The notes beneath the pieces are model-generated. The model searched no databases and had not been told where the DNA came from. It saw only the letters and a program-made list of their open reading frames with translations. A stretch of DNA of 44,386 nt, from the IMG/VR virus record IMGVR_UViG_3300026737_000001, one strand, 5' to 3'. Position numbers and translations under genes: made by a program. Below are positions 27,959-37,997 of the stretch, piece by piece. Source of the stretch: a virus. Lineage: Duplodnaviria > Heunggongvirae > Uroviricota > Caudoviricetes. Each line of letters opens with the position of its first letter. The stretch's first letter is position 1.

Positions 27959-29767
27959 TTAAATGACCTTCTTTAAAAATTCCTTTAACGCTTTTGTTTG
28001 GCTGTCAGTATTTTCGACAATTTTATCGAAGTACTTTCGCTTTTTAGTAATTGTTTCATGAATTTGAATGTCTACACTATTTCTAGTAATTAAATTAGTA
28101 ATGAAAATATCCTTCCATTTAGAGCCTATACGACGTATACGACCGTTTCTTTGGTCTAAGGTTGCTGGGTTCCAAGGTTCATCAAAGTTGATTAGATGGC
28201 TGGCATTCTGCAAATTATACCCCTCAGCACCTGCATCGGACATGATAATAATTCTACATTCATCATCGTTTAAGAATTTCTGTATTTCTTCATCTCTTCT
28301 ATTCTCATTAAAAGCTCCGTAGATTTTGGCTGTTTTCTTAACTTCTGGCATCTGAGAAAGCTCATCTTCTAGTATATTTACCATTCTGGCAAAACGAGAA
28401 AATATTATAACCTTGAAGTCATCATTGTAATCAACAATTGCTTTTACAAGCGATTTTAGCTTTTTAGTCTTTGGTGAGGTATAGTTACTATCTATACTTA
28501 CAAGCTTCTGTATCCAGACTTCTTCTGACATCGATAGTGTTCTTAAGTCATCTGCTGCTGAAGCCTGTATATTTTTAAGTCCCATAATTTTACCGCTAAT
28601 TTCTTCCATCTCTTTTTCTTTCTGGCTTTTCTTCATCTTAGAGTCAGCTATCGAATCAGCTTCAAGCTTTGCTCCGTCTATCATTTGCTCTATTTCTTCG
28701 TGAACCCTAAACTGCTGAATATCCTGTTCTACAAGGTGTATTCTGTGATGTGGTGTTGGTAATTCTTCATCTAAATCATCTGATTTTCTTCTAATCATTC
28801 TTTTGCCTACAATTTTCTTTAAGTCAAAAAGATTTCTGTAAGATACAGGATAACCTCTAGTGTAATCAAATAATACATATTCTTTTCTGAAATCTGTTAT
28901 CTTACCCAAATAGCCAGGTAATAAGAATTCAAATATACTGTGTACATCAACAGGCTTGTTTTGCATAGGAGTACCTGTTAGCCCAAGGCGATATCTAGGT
29001 TTTAATTTTTTAATAGCCTTAGTTCTTAGTGCTCCGTGAGATTTAAAGTAATGAATTTCATCGGCCACGACTAAATCTGGCTTTATTTTCTTTTTAATCA
29101 TCTCAAAGTCGTCATCGCTGATAAGCAGGTCGTGATTGATAATATAAATATCAGAATCTTCATCGTAACACTCAAATCTTTTATCTCTGTTGTAACCATC
29201 TATAACTGTGAAGGTTAAATCAGAGAATTTTTCTATTTCATGCCCCCACTGTAGCTTTACGTTTTTAGGACAGCTGACAAGAACCTTTTTTATTTTACCT
29301 CTCTTTTTTAAACTGTTGATTACTGCGAGAGCCTGAATCGTTTTACCAAGCCCCATGTCATCAGCTATTAAAAATCCGTTTTCTTTTTCTAAAAAATGAA
29401 TTGCTGTAGAAACGCCAAGTTTTTGAAAATCCTTCAAGGTCAGGTTCAAACTGTTAATTTCTTTGTCTCTCATAAACTTTTTTATATTTCCATCTATTTC
29501 TTTTAGGAATATATCAGCAGAAGTCTTAACATATGGAGCTTTGGTACCCGACAATTCATAAATGTCATAATTTGAGCCTGTCATAAATTTATTTTGTATC
29601 CTTTTAATGTTTGACATGTTCTTAGGTATTGTCCATTCCTTAATATCAGGGTTGTAGCTGCTTCCATTTATACTTTTTATATAATCAAGTGCTTTAAAAA
29701 ATTGATTCCTGCTTCCTGTAGGCTGCACAACCAGCTCATCTTTATCATTTAAATCAAAAATTATCAT
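27959..29767 (-). CDS. SNF2-family (SF2) helicase/ATPase
   Basis: IADDMGLGKTIQ; ADEIHYFK; LTGTPMQN; VIIFSRF; AGAEGYNLQ; WNPATLDQRNGRIRR. Confidence 0.95.
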   Translation of the reverse strand: MIIFDLNDKDELVVQPTGSRNQFFKALDYIKSINGSSYNPDIKEWTIPKNMSNIKRIQNKFMTGSNYDIYELSGTKAPYVKTSADIFLKEIDGNIKKFMRDKEINSLNLTLKDFQKLGVSTAIHFLEKENGFLIADDMGLGKTIQALAVINSLKKRGKIKKVLVSCPKNVKLQWGHEIEKFSDLTFTVIDGYNRDKRFECYDEDSDIYIINHDLLISDDDFEMIKKKIKPDLVVADEIHYFKSHGALRTKAIKKLKPRYRLGLTGTPMQNKPVDVHSIFEFLLPGYLGKITDFRKEYVLFDYTRGYPVSYRNLFDLKKIVGKRMIRRKSDDLDEELPTPHHRIHLVEQDIQQFRVHEEIEQMIDGAKLEADSIADSKMKKSQKEKEMEEISGKIMGLKNIQASAADDLRTLSMSEEVWIQKLVSIDSNYTSPKTKKLKSLVKAIVDYNDDFKVIIFSRFARMVNILEDELSQMPEVKKTAKIYGAFNENRRDEEIQKFLNDDECRIIIMSDAGAEGYNLQNASHLINFDEPWNPATLDQRNGRIRRIGSKWKDIFITNLITRNSVDIQIHETITKKRKYFDKIVENTDSQTKALKEFLKKVI

Positions 29768-29779
29768 ATTACCACTCCG

Positions 29780-30082
29780 TTAGTTTCCCTCTTTTTTTCT
29801 TTTTTTAAAGTATGTTTCTACTTCAGATTTGTCTGCGGCTACATAATAAAGGCTTTTACATTCTGGACATATTGCATCACCATCAGCTATATTTTCTGCA
29901 TTTTTTGAATCAGGCCCTCCAGCTACATAAATTATTTTATCCAAGTCAAAAAAACCTTCTTCATTTATTTCAACATCTGAATGTATTATGTCTCCGTCTT
30001 CATTTTTCCATAGCCAAATTGCTTTTTTTGAAACAAGTCCACAATCAAGACATTTATTAAAAACTTTATTGTTTTTATTCAT
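29780..30082 (-). CDS. Zinc-ribbon hypothetical protein
   Basis: CLDC...CPEC. Confidence 0.65.
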   Translation of the reverse strand: MNKNNKVFNKCLDCGLVSKKAIWLWKNEDGDIIHSDVEINEEGFFDLDKIIYVAGGPDSKNAENIADGDAICPECKSLYYVAADKSEVETYFKKRKKEGN

Positions 30083-30440
30083 TATCTTCACTCTCCTCGT
30101 ATATCCAGTCCGGAAAATTATCTGAGATTGTGTCTTCAAGTTTTTTTCTTTCTTTTATTACTTCACTTAACTTTTTGGGCTCAAAGTATAAATCTCTCTC
30201 AATTTTGAATCCTTTTACATTAACACTTTCAAGCTCATTAAGAGAAAAATAGCCGAGCTCATTTTCATTGCCGCATACCAAACCAAAAAACATTCTTCTT
30301 TCAGGGTCATATTCTGTTGCGTACCACCGCCATGGACTTATTCCGTGAAAAAATGAAATATAAACTATTGGGTCTTTAACATCTTCCTGTTCGCCAGGGC
30401 CAGCAATTTTCTTTTCTAGCTCTTTAGTTATAAGTTTCAT
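30075..30440 (-). CDS. DUF2958-like protein
   Basis: WYATEYD...FFGLV...[10 protein letters not shown]...IERDLYF. Confidence 0.8.
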   Translation of the reverse strand: MKLITKELEKKIAGPGEQEDVKDPIVYISFFHGISPWRWYATEYDPERRMFFGLVCGNENELGYFSLNELESVNVKGFKIERDLYFEPKKLSEVIKERKKLEDTISDNFPDWIYEESEDNE

Positions 30441-30637
30441 TATTTATTCCTCCTCTATCTTTTCCAGGCTTTCTATATGAACACCATTAGCCCACTCCAT
30501 TTCACTATAAATAGAGTCAGTTATTAAACCATCATCAATTTCATAATTTCCATCAACTAAATCAGCTGCATCTACAACAACTTCTTTATCTACATATAAT
30601 ACTGCTTTAAATCTCATTCTTAACCCCCTTTTTTATT

Positions 30638-30666
30638 GCCCCGAGCATAAAGCCCGGGGCTTTTTT
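30638..30666 (+). terminator. Strong hairpin with a T-tract on the plus strand
   Basis: GCCCCGAGC-ataaa-GCCCGGGGC-TTTTTT. Confidence 0.55.
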
Positions 30667-30669
30667 AAA

Positions 30670-31023
30670 TTATATTAGTGAACTTAAAAAACCATCTTTA
30701 GTAGCATATACTTCTAGTCTGTTTTTTATAGCTATTTTTAATCTTCTTGTTGGTACGTGCCTAACCATCATTGTATTGCCATGTTTTTCAACCTTAAAAG
30801 AGTTGATTGGAGTTTTGGAAGGCTGAAGAACAAGTAGTTTTCTGTCTTCATCTATTCCAATTTTCATAAAGTTTGTATTTTTGTCAAAATGTTTTGAAAG
30901 TTCCTTATTAATGTAAATAATCCCATTATTATAAAGTGAAATAAATCCTTTAGCTTTTGCTACTTTTCCGTCTGGTGATAAAAAATTAATGTCATGTCTG
31001 TGTGGTAATCTTTGTCTTTTCAT
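30670..31023 (-). CDS. Basic hypothetical protein, similar to the ORF at 3..347
   Basis: Shared FIS...IY.N..L.K.F...G...L.L pattern. Confidence 0.7.
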   Translation of the reverse strand: MKRQRLPHRHDINFLSPDGKVAKAKGFISLYNNGIIYINKELSKHFDKNTNFMKIGIDEDRKLLVLQPSKTPINSFKVEKHGNTMMVRHVPTRRLKIAIKNRLEVYATKDGFLSSLI

Positions 31024-31046
31024 AATAAAAAATCTCTCCCTTTAAA

Positions 31047-31376
31047 TTATTTTTTGGATTTTTGAATGTATCTTTCTGCATCACTAAAAATTTCTTTTAC
31101 ATTTTTTGCATATGGAAAAAGCCAGTCTGTCCTGTACTGCTCCCAACTTGAATTTTCTATTTCTTTACCCTGTACCATTTGTAGTTTTTTGTTTTTATAT
31201 AAAAGTCTGGCTCCAACACATCTTAAACCGTGTAAGATATTGTATAGATTTTCATCCTTTCTTTCGGCAATATTTAAGAGTATATACCAGAGTTTTGAAT
31301 CATTTACTAAGTCACGCCTAGGGTCATATTTATTCTTCTCTCTTATTTCTTTTATATATTCATTAAATTTCGTCAT
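31047..31376 (-). CDS. Hypothetical protein
   Basis: Track ORF. Confidence 0.7.
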   Translation of the reverse strand: MTKFNEYIKEIREKNKYDPRRDLVNDSKLWYILLNIAERKDENLYNILHGLRCVGARLLYKNKKLQMVQGKEIENSSWEQYRTDWLFPYAKNVKEIFSDAERYIQKSKK

Positions 31377-31620
31377 CTGAAATTTCCTTTTTATAGTATT
31401 CTGCGACTTCTTTTATAACCTGACCTAAACTAGCAATAGGTTTTTCTGAAAGTAAACCGTCAATATCCTTATCCATACAGTAAACATCTAAGACTTCTTC
31501 AACAAGCTCCATAGGAACTTTTTCCACTCCATATTGTTTAAATTCGTTTCTTATTTCCATTCTGGTAACTGTTGTTGTGATAAAAACCTCATCACCTTCT
31601 GAACCATATTCTGTAAACAT
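31363..31620 (-). CDS. Acidic hypothetical protein
   Basis: Track ORF with an RBS. Confidence 0.65.
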   Translation of the reverse strand: MFTEYGSEGDEVFITTTVTRMEIRNEFKQYGVEKVPMELVEEVLDVYCMDKDIDGLLSEKPIASLGQVIKEVAEYYKKEISDDEI

Positions 31621-31632
31621 TTAAACACCCCC

Positions 31633-31977
31633 TTAATACCATTCAGTTTCAGTAAACCCTATACTAGCAACAGTAAATACTTTTTCATCTATTTGGATAA
31701 CGTCACCAACCATCATTGAACGGTCATGCTTTACTGCATTCTCATGATAGTCTAAATTCTGACAATCATGCCAGAGTTTATTTAAAATTGTATTTTCGGG
31801 AATATCGTTATCCAGCTCAAATTCTAAAACTTTTCTGTAATCTTTTTTTAAAGGAATCTCTTTTTCTTCTCTATAACCTGTTGTCATTCTTAAATACCTT
31901 TGCCAAACTTCAGTTCCTCTCTCTCTGTCATCTTCTGGTGGATGTTTAATATAATAAACTTTTATTTTTTTGCTCAT
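31633..31977 (-). CDS. Hypothetical protein (YodL-like SMxVGDV motif)
   Basis: RSMMVGDVIQID motif. Confidence 0.6.
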   Translation of the reverse strand: MSKKIKVYYIKHPPEDDRERGTEVWQRYLRMTTGYREEKEIPLKKDYRKVLEFELDNDIPENTILNKLWHDCQNLDYHENAVKHDRSMMVGDVIQIDEKVFTVASIGFTETEWY

Positions 31978-31996
31978 TTTAGCCCTCCTTAAATTT

Positions 31997-32022
31997 AAAA
32001 AGGAGCGGTTTAACCCGCCCCT
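31997..32022 (-). terminator. Intrinsic terminator after phoH
   Basis: AGGGGCGG-gttaaa-CCGCTCCT-TTTT on the minus strand. Confidence 0.85.
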
Positions 32023-32027
32023 CAGTT

Positions 32028-32936
32028 TTAATTTGCTTTTTTAAACTCCTCATATGAAAAGTTTTTGATTACAAATCTAGTTACTTTACCTTTGCGAGAG
32101 GTTATAGGATTATTTATATGAGCGACAAAATCCTGCCCATAAAACTTTTTGATTGCATATGTTAAAGGTATATTGTCTTTAGAAAACGTTCTGTCATCAA
32201 TTTGTTTTATATCACCGCATATAATAACTTTAGAGTTATTTAAACGGGTTAGCAAAGACTCAATCTCTCTATAGCGCATATCTTCAGCCTCATCAACGAT
32301 AACGATTGTATTTTCGAAACTTCTACCTTTAATTTTTTCTAGAGGCTGGAATGTTATTCCAAATGTGTCTTCACCTCTATTTACCATTCTCTGAAAATCC
32401 TGACTGCATCCCATTGAGCGTGCATTGTCATAAAATGGCATCATGTACGGCATAATTTTATCGTCTTCTCCACCAGGGAGAAATCCTTCATCTCTTTCTA
32501 GTTCCTGTTTCGGTCTTGATAAAACTATCTTATTATATTGACTGTTTTCTACTTTCGAAAGTGCATACGCAAGTGATAAGAAAGTCTTACCACTTCCAGC
32601 AACTCCTGTCAGTATCACAACTTCTATCTCATCTCTTAAGAGAGCATCAATGGTGGCCCACTGATAGGGGTTGTTTCCTGTCTGGCCGTTTACAGCTCTA
32701 TTCTGGTCGACAAGCTCAACCTCTCCGTTCTCATAATAGACCAAAGCCCCTGCTGGATAGAAATATGTTGAACGAGGAAAACCATCATATTTTTTTGAGT
32801 CTACTGATAAAATCTTTAAATCATCATAAGCATAAATATGACAGTATCCATTCTCTAGGTCATATCCATTAGAGCTTATTCTTTTGTGCTTAAATACTGA
32901 TTCTAGAAATTCCTGGCTTACTTGGGCGTGATTCAC
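32028..32936 (-). CDS. phoH: PhoH-like ATPase
   Basis: LTGVAGSGKT; GFLPG; IKGRSF; IVDEAED; GDIKQID. Confidence 0.92.
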   Translation of the reverse strand: MNHAQVSQEFLESVFKHKRISSNGYDLENGYCHIYAYDDLKILSVDSKKYDGFPRSTYFYPAGALVYYENGEVELVDQNRAVNGQTGNNPYQWATIDALLRDEIEVVILTGVAGSGKTFLSLAYALSKVENSQYNKIVLSRPKQELERDEGFLPGGEDDKIMPYMMPFYDNARSMGCSQDFQRMVNRGEDTFGITFQPLEKIKGRSFENTIVIVDEAEDMRYREIESLLTRLNNSKVIICGDIKQIDDRTFSKDNIPLTYAIKKFYGQDFVAHINNPITSRKGKVTRFVIKNFSYEEFKKAN

Positions 32937-33113
32937 AACTTCTACCTCCTAGTATATTTCTTATTATTTTTTAGTATATATTCTGATAGTTTTATCTTTC
33001 TATTTAAAGCGCATCTGAACCACCCCCTATTTTTACAGTTTCAACATCTGTTAAGTTCTCATCACAGTAAGGGCATATCCACTTACTATTCTTACTTGAT
33101 GAGTGGCTTTTTT

Positions 33114-33590
33114 TTATTGCAATTTGGACATTTTTTGTGATACATTTTTACCACCTAACATTTTTAAAGATTTAATGTAGTCATGGTTATCAAAACCTGT
33201 TTTTCTTTTTACATGTATTAACCTGTCTAAAAATGGCTCCATATCTCTATCGTCGTCAATTATTATAAAGTCTTCTATATTTTTATTTAACTTTAAATAC
33301 TTTTTGATTTCTGCACCCCTTGTAGATTCTAAAAAGGGAGTTCTCCCAACTATATTTCTTGTTTTTAGATTGTTTTTTTTAAAAACTTTTATAACCTTTT
33401 CCATGTTGTAACGCCACGTACTTGAGATTACTACATCTGCACTCTTTACACTTGTAAGCATGTTTATTAAGAATACAGATTGAGGTATAAAAATTTTATC
33501 TGCATCTTCTTTATTTCCTTTAAGATAATTTTCTTCTATAGATTTAGTTGAATTTAAAACTCCATCTATATCTAAAAAAATAGTACTCAT
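33114..33590 (-). CDS. HAD phosphatase of the 'Swiss Army Knife RNA repair' type (HAD_SAK_2-like)
   Basis: IFLDIDGVLN; VISSTWR; GRTP...RGAEI; IIIDDD; GF. Confidence 0.8.
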   Translation of the reverse strand: MSTIFLDIDGVLNSTKSIEENYLKGNKEDADKIFIPQSVFLINMLTSVKSADVVISSTWRYNMEKVIKVFKKNNLKTRNIVGRTPFLESTRGAEIKKYLKLNKNIEDFIIIDDDRDMEPFLDRLIHVKRKTGFDNHDYIKSLKMLGGKNVSQKMSKLQ

Positions 33591-33621
33591 AGTTTACTCC
33601 TTTTAATTTATTTTAACTATT

Positions 33622-33828
33622 TTAACTATTTAAAACTTTAACAACTGCCTTATCAAATGAGTACCAGCTTAAAAATACAAACTTAAGCATCTTTAAAAAA
33701 TCAAAACTCTCACTAACAGATGTTACGATATGAGTTCTTTTGTGGTTTGCGATTAAAACTAAAACTATAAAGCTATTTACAATCACTCCAAGAAAGTAAA
33801 CTCCTAAAATCATATAGATAATATCCAT
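33622..33828 (-). CDS. Small membrane protein
   Basis: Hydrophobic N-terminus and a GGAG RBS. Confidence 0.6.
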   Translation of the reverse strand: MDIIYMILGVYFLGVIVNSFIVLVLIANHKRTHIVTSVSESFDFLKMLKFVFLSWYSFDKAVVKVLNS

Positions 33829-33839
33829 TTGAACTCTCC

Positions 33840-34199
33840 TTATTTAAGTTTGTTTTTGGCGTGTTTTACAGGTTTTATAGTTGATGGGTCTTGTTCTATG
33901 TCCTGCTCAATTAAGTCTCCATATGAGTCAATATATTGTCCTACTATGGTTTCTAGCTTTGTTTCAAGCTGGCATATATCATCAAATTGAGATTGTGTAT
34001 TTTCTTCTTTTACTTCCTTCATGTTTTTAATGTTTTCTATAAAGTCTGCTTTAATTTTATTAAATTTATTTTGAGTTAATCTTCTTTTCTTTCTGTTTCC
34101 TTTAAGAATATAAAACTTTTCTGAGTAAATTACATTAAGCCCGTTTCTTTCCCAGTAGTCAGCTCTTTTGGCAAATTGTTTTGATTTTATTAATCCCAT
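33840..34199 (-). CDS. Hypothetical protein
   Basis: Track ORF with a GGAGG RBS. Confidence 0.65.
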   Translation of the reverse strand: MGLIKSKQFAKRADYWERNGLNVIYSEKFYILKGNRKKRRLTQNKFNKIKADFIENIKNMKEVKEENTQSQFDDICQLETKLETIVGQYIDSYGDLIEQDIEQDPSTIKPVKHAKNKLK

Positions 34200-34222
34200 T
34201 TTAATTTCCTCCAGTTATAGTT

Positions 34223-34717
34223 TTAGGTCCACATGTGTCCTAAGAGTGCAAATACAAACTGCATAAATACAGTATTGTCTTTTATATCAAGCATAGCGTT
34301 CCAGACTGCATCATAGTGAGTATAAGGCCCTTTATCAGATATCATAGACCTTAAATGGTCTTTTACTACCTCTACTACCTCATTGTCTTCCATCCATCTG
34401 TCTTCAAGATAATGCAGTACTTTGTTATATTCTAAAGTGCCCTCAACTTTAAGGTGCATATAATTATCCCTATTATCCTTTGGGACTTCATAATCTTCAA
34501 GCCCAAATTTGTCACAGAGCTCACCCCAGTCCCAACCTTTGAGTCTATAGTCTGTAATTTCTGCTTTTTTACCTATGTGTTCTTCATAGGTATCCATTTG
34601 AAAAAGCAATCTTCTAGCAACAGATTCTGTAATTCCATTTGCATCATAGTCGCTGTTTTTAAAGCGATGACTGTAAGATATTACATCTTTTAGGTCTTCT
34701 TTGAAATAAGACCACAT
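34223..34717 (-). CDS. Hypothetical protein
   Basis: Track ORF. Confidence 0.7.
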   Translation of the reverse strand: MWSYFKEDLKDVISYSHRFKNSDYDANGITESVARRLLFQMDTYEEHIGKKAEITDYRLKGWDWGELCDKFGLEDYEVPKDNRDNYMHLKVEGTLEYNKVLHYLEDRWMEDNEVVEVVKDHLRSMISDKGPYTHYDAVWNAMLDIKDNTVFMQFVFALLGHMWT

Positions 34718-34734
34718 TTTTTTATAGCTGATTT

Positions 34735-35007
34735 TTATTCCTCCTCCACAACATATTGATATTTGACCATTAAAGGATTGTCGCTTTTAACGCGCTTTTT
34801 ATCTACTATTTTCTTTAGGACTATTTTGTTTAAAAATTCATGCTCGCAATCTACCGTAGGCCTTTTGCACCTTAAATTAATTACTGAGTCCTGCTTAAAA
34901 CTCAAGGGCCCGTAGCTGAATTTACAGGATATACACTTCTCTTTTTGACAGTACCACTCACCATTTCCTTTATAATCAGCTGTATATTCTTTAAAATAAT
35001 CAGGCAT
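34735..35007 (-). CDS. Cys-containing hypothetical protein
   Basis: Track ORF with a GGAGG RBS. Confidence 0.65.
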   Translation of the reverse strand: MPDYFKEYTADYKGNGEWYCQKEKCISCKFSYGPLSFKQDSVINLRCKRPTVDCEHEFLNKIVLKKIVDKKRVKSDNPLMVKYQYVVEEE

Positions 35008-35027
35008 TTTAACCTCCTTATTTATTT

Positions 35028-35948
35028 TTAGAATGCATTACTTTCAATCATCTTATCCAAAACTTTAATACATCTTTTTGGAACTTCTTTGTGTAGAATA
35101 TTAAAGTTTACATCTTTTATTCTATTATCCTCATAGATTTCAAGAATATTTTCTCTTAAAAAATCCTTGATAACTCTCGGGATAAGCTTATGCATTAAAG
35201 TTCTTTCAAGCTTATGTCCTTCATCAACAACCATTTTAGCTATTATCTTTTTAATTCTCGCCTCATTTACATAAAGCTCAACTGCTAAAGGAGTGTCTGT
35301 TTCTTTAGGCTTTGGCTTTTTAGCTTTAGCTTTTTGTCTTTCCAAATACTCGTCATTTAAAACTTTGGCAAATAGAGGCTCATTGTATTGGCTTAACCTG
35401 TTATAATTTTTAATAACATAACCTTCAGGCTTTTTTGAGTTGTACTTAGAAATTTCTAAAAGTTTATCTCTGTCCATCCCAAGATATTCTTCCATTGTTC
35501 CCTCAAATAAGATATTTACAAATTCTAAACCCAGACTTTCAAAAGTCTTTTTGGCGACTTTATAATCAAGTGGCATTCCAGTTTCTTTATCAAGAAGGTC
35601 AAACCCTATAAATGGTGGATGATTATCAAAATCATAATTTACTATGTGTTTTTTCATTGCCTCTCCGACATAAATAATATCTCTGCCAAGAGCATTTACA
35701 TCAAGCTTTTTATTTAAATATTCAATCTGTTTACCCCATCCATCACGAGGTCTGACATCTTTAACTTTTCTAGAACCGTATACAATCCTATCTCCTTCTC
35801 TCCAGAACCTAAAGTTACTGCCGTCAATTTTTTCTTCAATTACAATTTCATCCTCTTTGTAATTTGTAATCTCTTGATTGCTACTACTGCCTAAGATATA
35901 AATTTTGTTGTACTCTCTTAATTCCTCTAACTTATCTTTATCCATCAA
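35028..35948 (-). CDS. ATP-dependent RNA ligase, Rnl2-like
   Basis: Nucleotidyltransferase motifs EKIDGSN, YGSR, VGE, FIGFD, EGYVIK, AKV. The helical C-domain (YVNEARI...I.K) resembles that of Rnl2. Confidence 0.85.
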   Translation of the reverse strand: MMDKDKLEELREYNKIYILGSSSNQEITNYKEDEIVIEEKIDGSNFRFWREGDRIVYGSRKVKDVRPRDGWGKQIEYLNKKLDVNALGRDIIYVGEAMKKHIVNYDFDNHPPFIGFDLLDKETGMPLDYKVAKKTFESLGLEFVNILFEGTMEEYLGMDRDKLLEISKYNSKKPEGYVIKNYNRLSQYNEPLFAKVLNDEYLERQKAKAKKPKPKETDTPLAVELYVNEARIKKIIAKMVVDEGHKLERTLMHKLIPRVIKDFLRENILEIYEDNRIKDVNFNILHKEVPKRCIKVLDKMIESNAF

Positions 35949-35949
35949 A

Positions 35950-36246
35950 TCACTCCATTATTATTTTTTCTGTATCTACTCTATAAAAACCACGAGTGTC
36001 ACATGCTATTAGTGCAATTTTTTTATTTTCTAAAGGGTTATAATCCATTCCATAATCATTTTGTGTGGTATAGCCCCTATAACCTATTGTTCTATAGCCA
36101 CAAAATATGCCTTCTTTAAATTCTTCAAGTTCTATAGTGTCATACTTCAAATACCCGGTGTCCTTGTCGATTTTGCTGTAATAAGAGTTTACATAAGGTT
36201 TCTTTTTTAGATATTCTTTAAATTTAATTTTTTCTCCTAACTCCAT
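35950..36246 (-). CDS. Hypothetical protein
   Basis: Track ORF with a GGAGG RBS. Confidence 0.65.
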   Translation of the reverse strand: MELGEKIKFKEYLKKKPYVNSYYSKIDKDTGYLKYDTIELEEFKEGIFCGYRTIGYRGYTTQNDYGMDYNPLENKKIALIACDTRGFYRVDTEKIIME

Positions 36247-36262
36247 AAAAACCTCCTATTTA

Positions 36263-36406
36263 CTATCTTAAGTTTAGTTTACTACACTTCACTTCATTAT
36301 TCAAGTCTTTTTCTAATATTTTTTTATTTTTTTCTACGTAAAAGCCAAATATTGTCTTATCTAGCTCTTGTGGCAGCACTTTTGCATACTTAAACTCTTT
36401 ATCCAT
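36263..36406 (-). CDS. Small ORF (47 aa), not in the track
   Basis: GGGGTG RBS; MDKEFKYAKV...LNLR followed by a stop. Confidence 0.5.
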   Translation of the reverse strand: MDKEFKYAKVLPQELDKTIFGFYVEKNKKILEKDLNNEVKCSKLNLR

Positions 36407-36421
36407 TTTTTTCACCCCAAT

Positions 36422-36453
36422 AAAAAAAAGACAGACCGATTAAGGCCTGCCTT
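36422..36453 (-). terminator. Intrinsic terminator ending the RNA cluster-neuB-DUF2828 transcript
   Basis: AAGGCAGGCC-ttaatc-GGTCTGTCTT-TTTTTT. Confidence 0.85.
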
Positions 36454-36463
36454 AGTAATTTTA

Positions 36464-37969
36464 TTAAACTGTAATTCTATCGTACTGTTCGTCTGTGATT
36501 ACATCGAGCATCAAGTCGTAGGCGGAAACAAACTCACCCTTCATTGTGTGCTCAAAAACAACTGGAGAAGCTCCGCTTACAAGCTGGAATCCTCTTTCGT
36601 CTTTGTCAAACTGAAAAACTTCATTTCTTGCTTCAACATTCCAGAAGACTAAATCCGGCATTTTGTAGCCATAATATTTGAATGATTCCTTTAACTTTTC
36701 AAAAAGTGTTTTAGTTACTTTGTTACGAGAACTAAGTCCATAACTATTATTTGTACACTGGTCAAATTCCATATCAGAAATAATGTATAACTTTTGAGGT
36801 ATTTCATCCTGATGGAGATGATTTTCTATAGCAGTATCTAAAATAAGATTAAATACAGCTTCGATATCGGTATTCATATCCCAGTGAGCTCTTCTCATGT
36901 TCTTAATTTTCTGCACAAAATCACTGCCTTCTACTTTTACTAAATCAGGACTGGCAGAGAAGGTAATAAACCTATCTTTAAAGGGTCCTGAGTTTCTTTC
37001 TGCCATATATAATCCTAATGAAAGGGCAATATGAAGTGGCAACCCATCTGAGCTCATCATAGAGCCTGAAGTATCTACAACGCAAATAGAATTTTCATTT
37101 TTATCATTGATATAATCAGGCAATGCTTTCCACTGCTCATTTAAAACATCTCTTTCACTTTCAGAAACTGAATGGCCCCAACCAACACCGATAACTTTTC
37201 TTACTAAATCATAAGGATATAAAGTTGAAGCATTAATTTTGTCCTCTCCAGACTTAACATTTTCAATATATTCATGGTAGCCTTCAGGGTCATGTCTTTC
37301 AAAAGCATTATTGTAAATCATTTGTGCTCTTGAAGGAACAGATGAGTAGTCAATATCTTCCCAGTCATTATTCGACATTTTTCTTTCGACAACACCTATT
37401 TTCTTTCTTAGCTTAGAAAGTGTTTTTCTATATCCTCTTGCTGTCATCTCAAAATGTTTTCTGGTTTTTTTGGCAAGTCTTTTTGTTTCGTCTGAGCTTG
37501 CATTTTCTGATTTAAGCCATTTTGCTAATAAGCTTGGTTTTTCAGAATTGATATCCTTAAAGAACTGGGCTTTCATAAAATTTGCTGCATAGCCTTCAAG
37601 TCTTGTATCAAATAAGGCATATAAATCGTCCCATCGACCATAATGAGGTATGTGTTCTAAGTTTTTTAGAACTACCTCAGGCTTTACCTGTGTCAGATAT
37701 TTTAAAATAACTCTAAATATTCTTCTTTCTCCTAGCCCACCCCTAACATTTCTGGCATAAAAAAGAGTTTTTACTGCTAGAAGGTCATCTTCTGTTAAAG
37801 CCTTATCAAAAAGCCTTATAATATCTTCTTTATTCCTGTTTCTTAAAGCTCCCACCTGAGCAAAGAAATCGAGTAGGTTATCTTTAGTTGTATGTTTTGC
37901 TGTTGCACCATTTTCTGTTGCTGTGTAATTAACTTTATCTTCCATTGCGTCTAAAAATTTATTTGACAT
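36464..37969 (-). CDS. DUF2828-type TROVE/Ro60-like RNA-binding protein with a C-terminal vWA domain
   Basis: TENGA; LDFF; LFYARNVRGGLGER; YGRWDDL; LAKW; YRK; VPS; INASTLYPYDL; MIDAS motif VVDTSGSM; ISDMEFD; VFWNV. Confidence 0.85.
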   Translation of the reverse strand: MSNKFLDAMEDKVNYTATENGATAKHTTKDNLLDFFAQVGALRNRNKEDIIRLFDKALTEDDLLAVKTLFYARNVRGGLGERRIFRVILKYLTQVKPEVVLKNLEHIPHYGRWDDLYALFDTRLEGYAANFMKAQFFKDINSEKPSLLAKWLKSENASSDETKRLAKKTRKHFEMTARGYRKTLSKLRKKIGVVERKMSNNDWEDIDYSSVPSRAQMIYNNAFERHDPEGYHEYIENVKSGEDKINASTLYPYDLVRKVIGVGWGHSVSESERDVLNEQWKALPDYINDKNENSICVVDTSGSMMSSDGLPLHIALSLGLYMAERNSGPFKDRFITFSASPDLVKVEGSDFVQKIKNMRRAHWDMNTDIEAVFNLILDTAIENHLHQDEIPQKLYIISDMEFDQCTNNSYGLSSRNKVTKTLFEKLKESFKYYGYKMPDLVFWNVEARNEVFQFDKDERGFQLVSGASPVVFEHTMKGEFVSAYDLMLDVITDEQYDRITV

Positions 37970-37997
37970 ATTAATAATCCCCCTTTTGTTTTTATAC

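Noticed and set aside
33601-33636. Short TATTTTAAC tandem repeat
   Set aside because: Two to three copies of an AT-only 9-mer in AT-rich DNA; consistent with slippage and no evidence of function.
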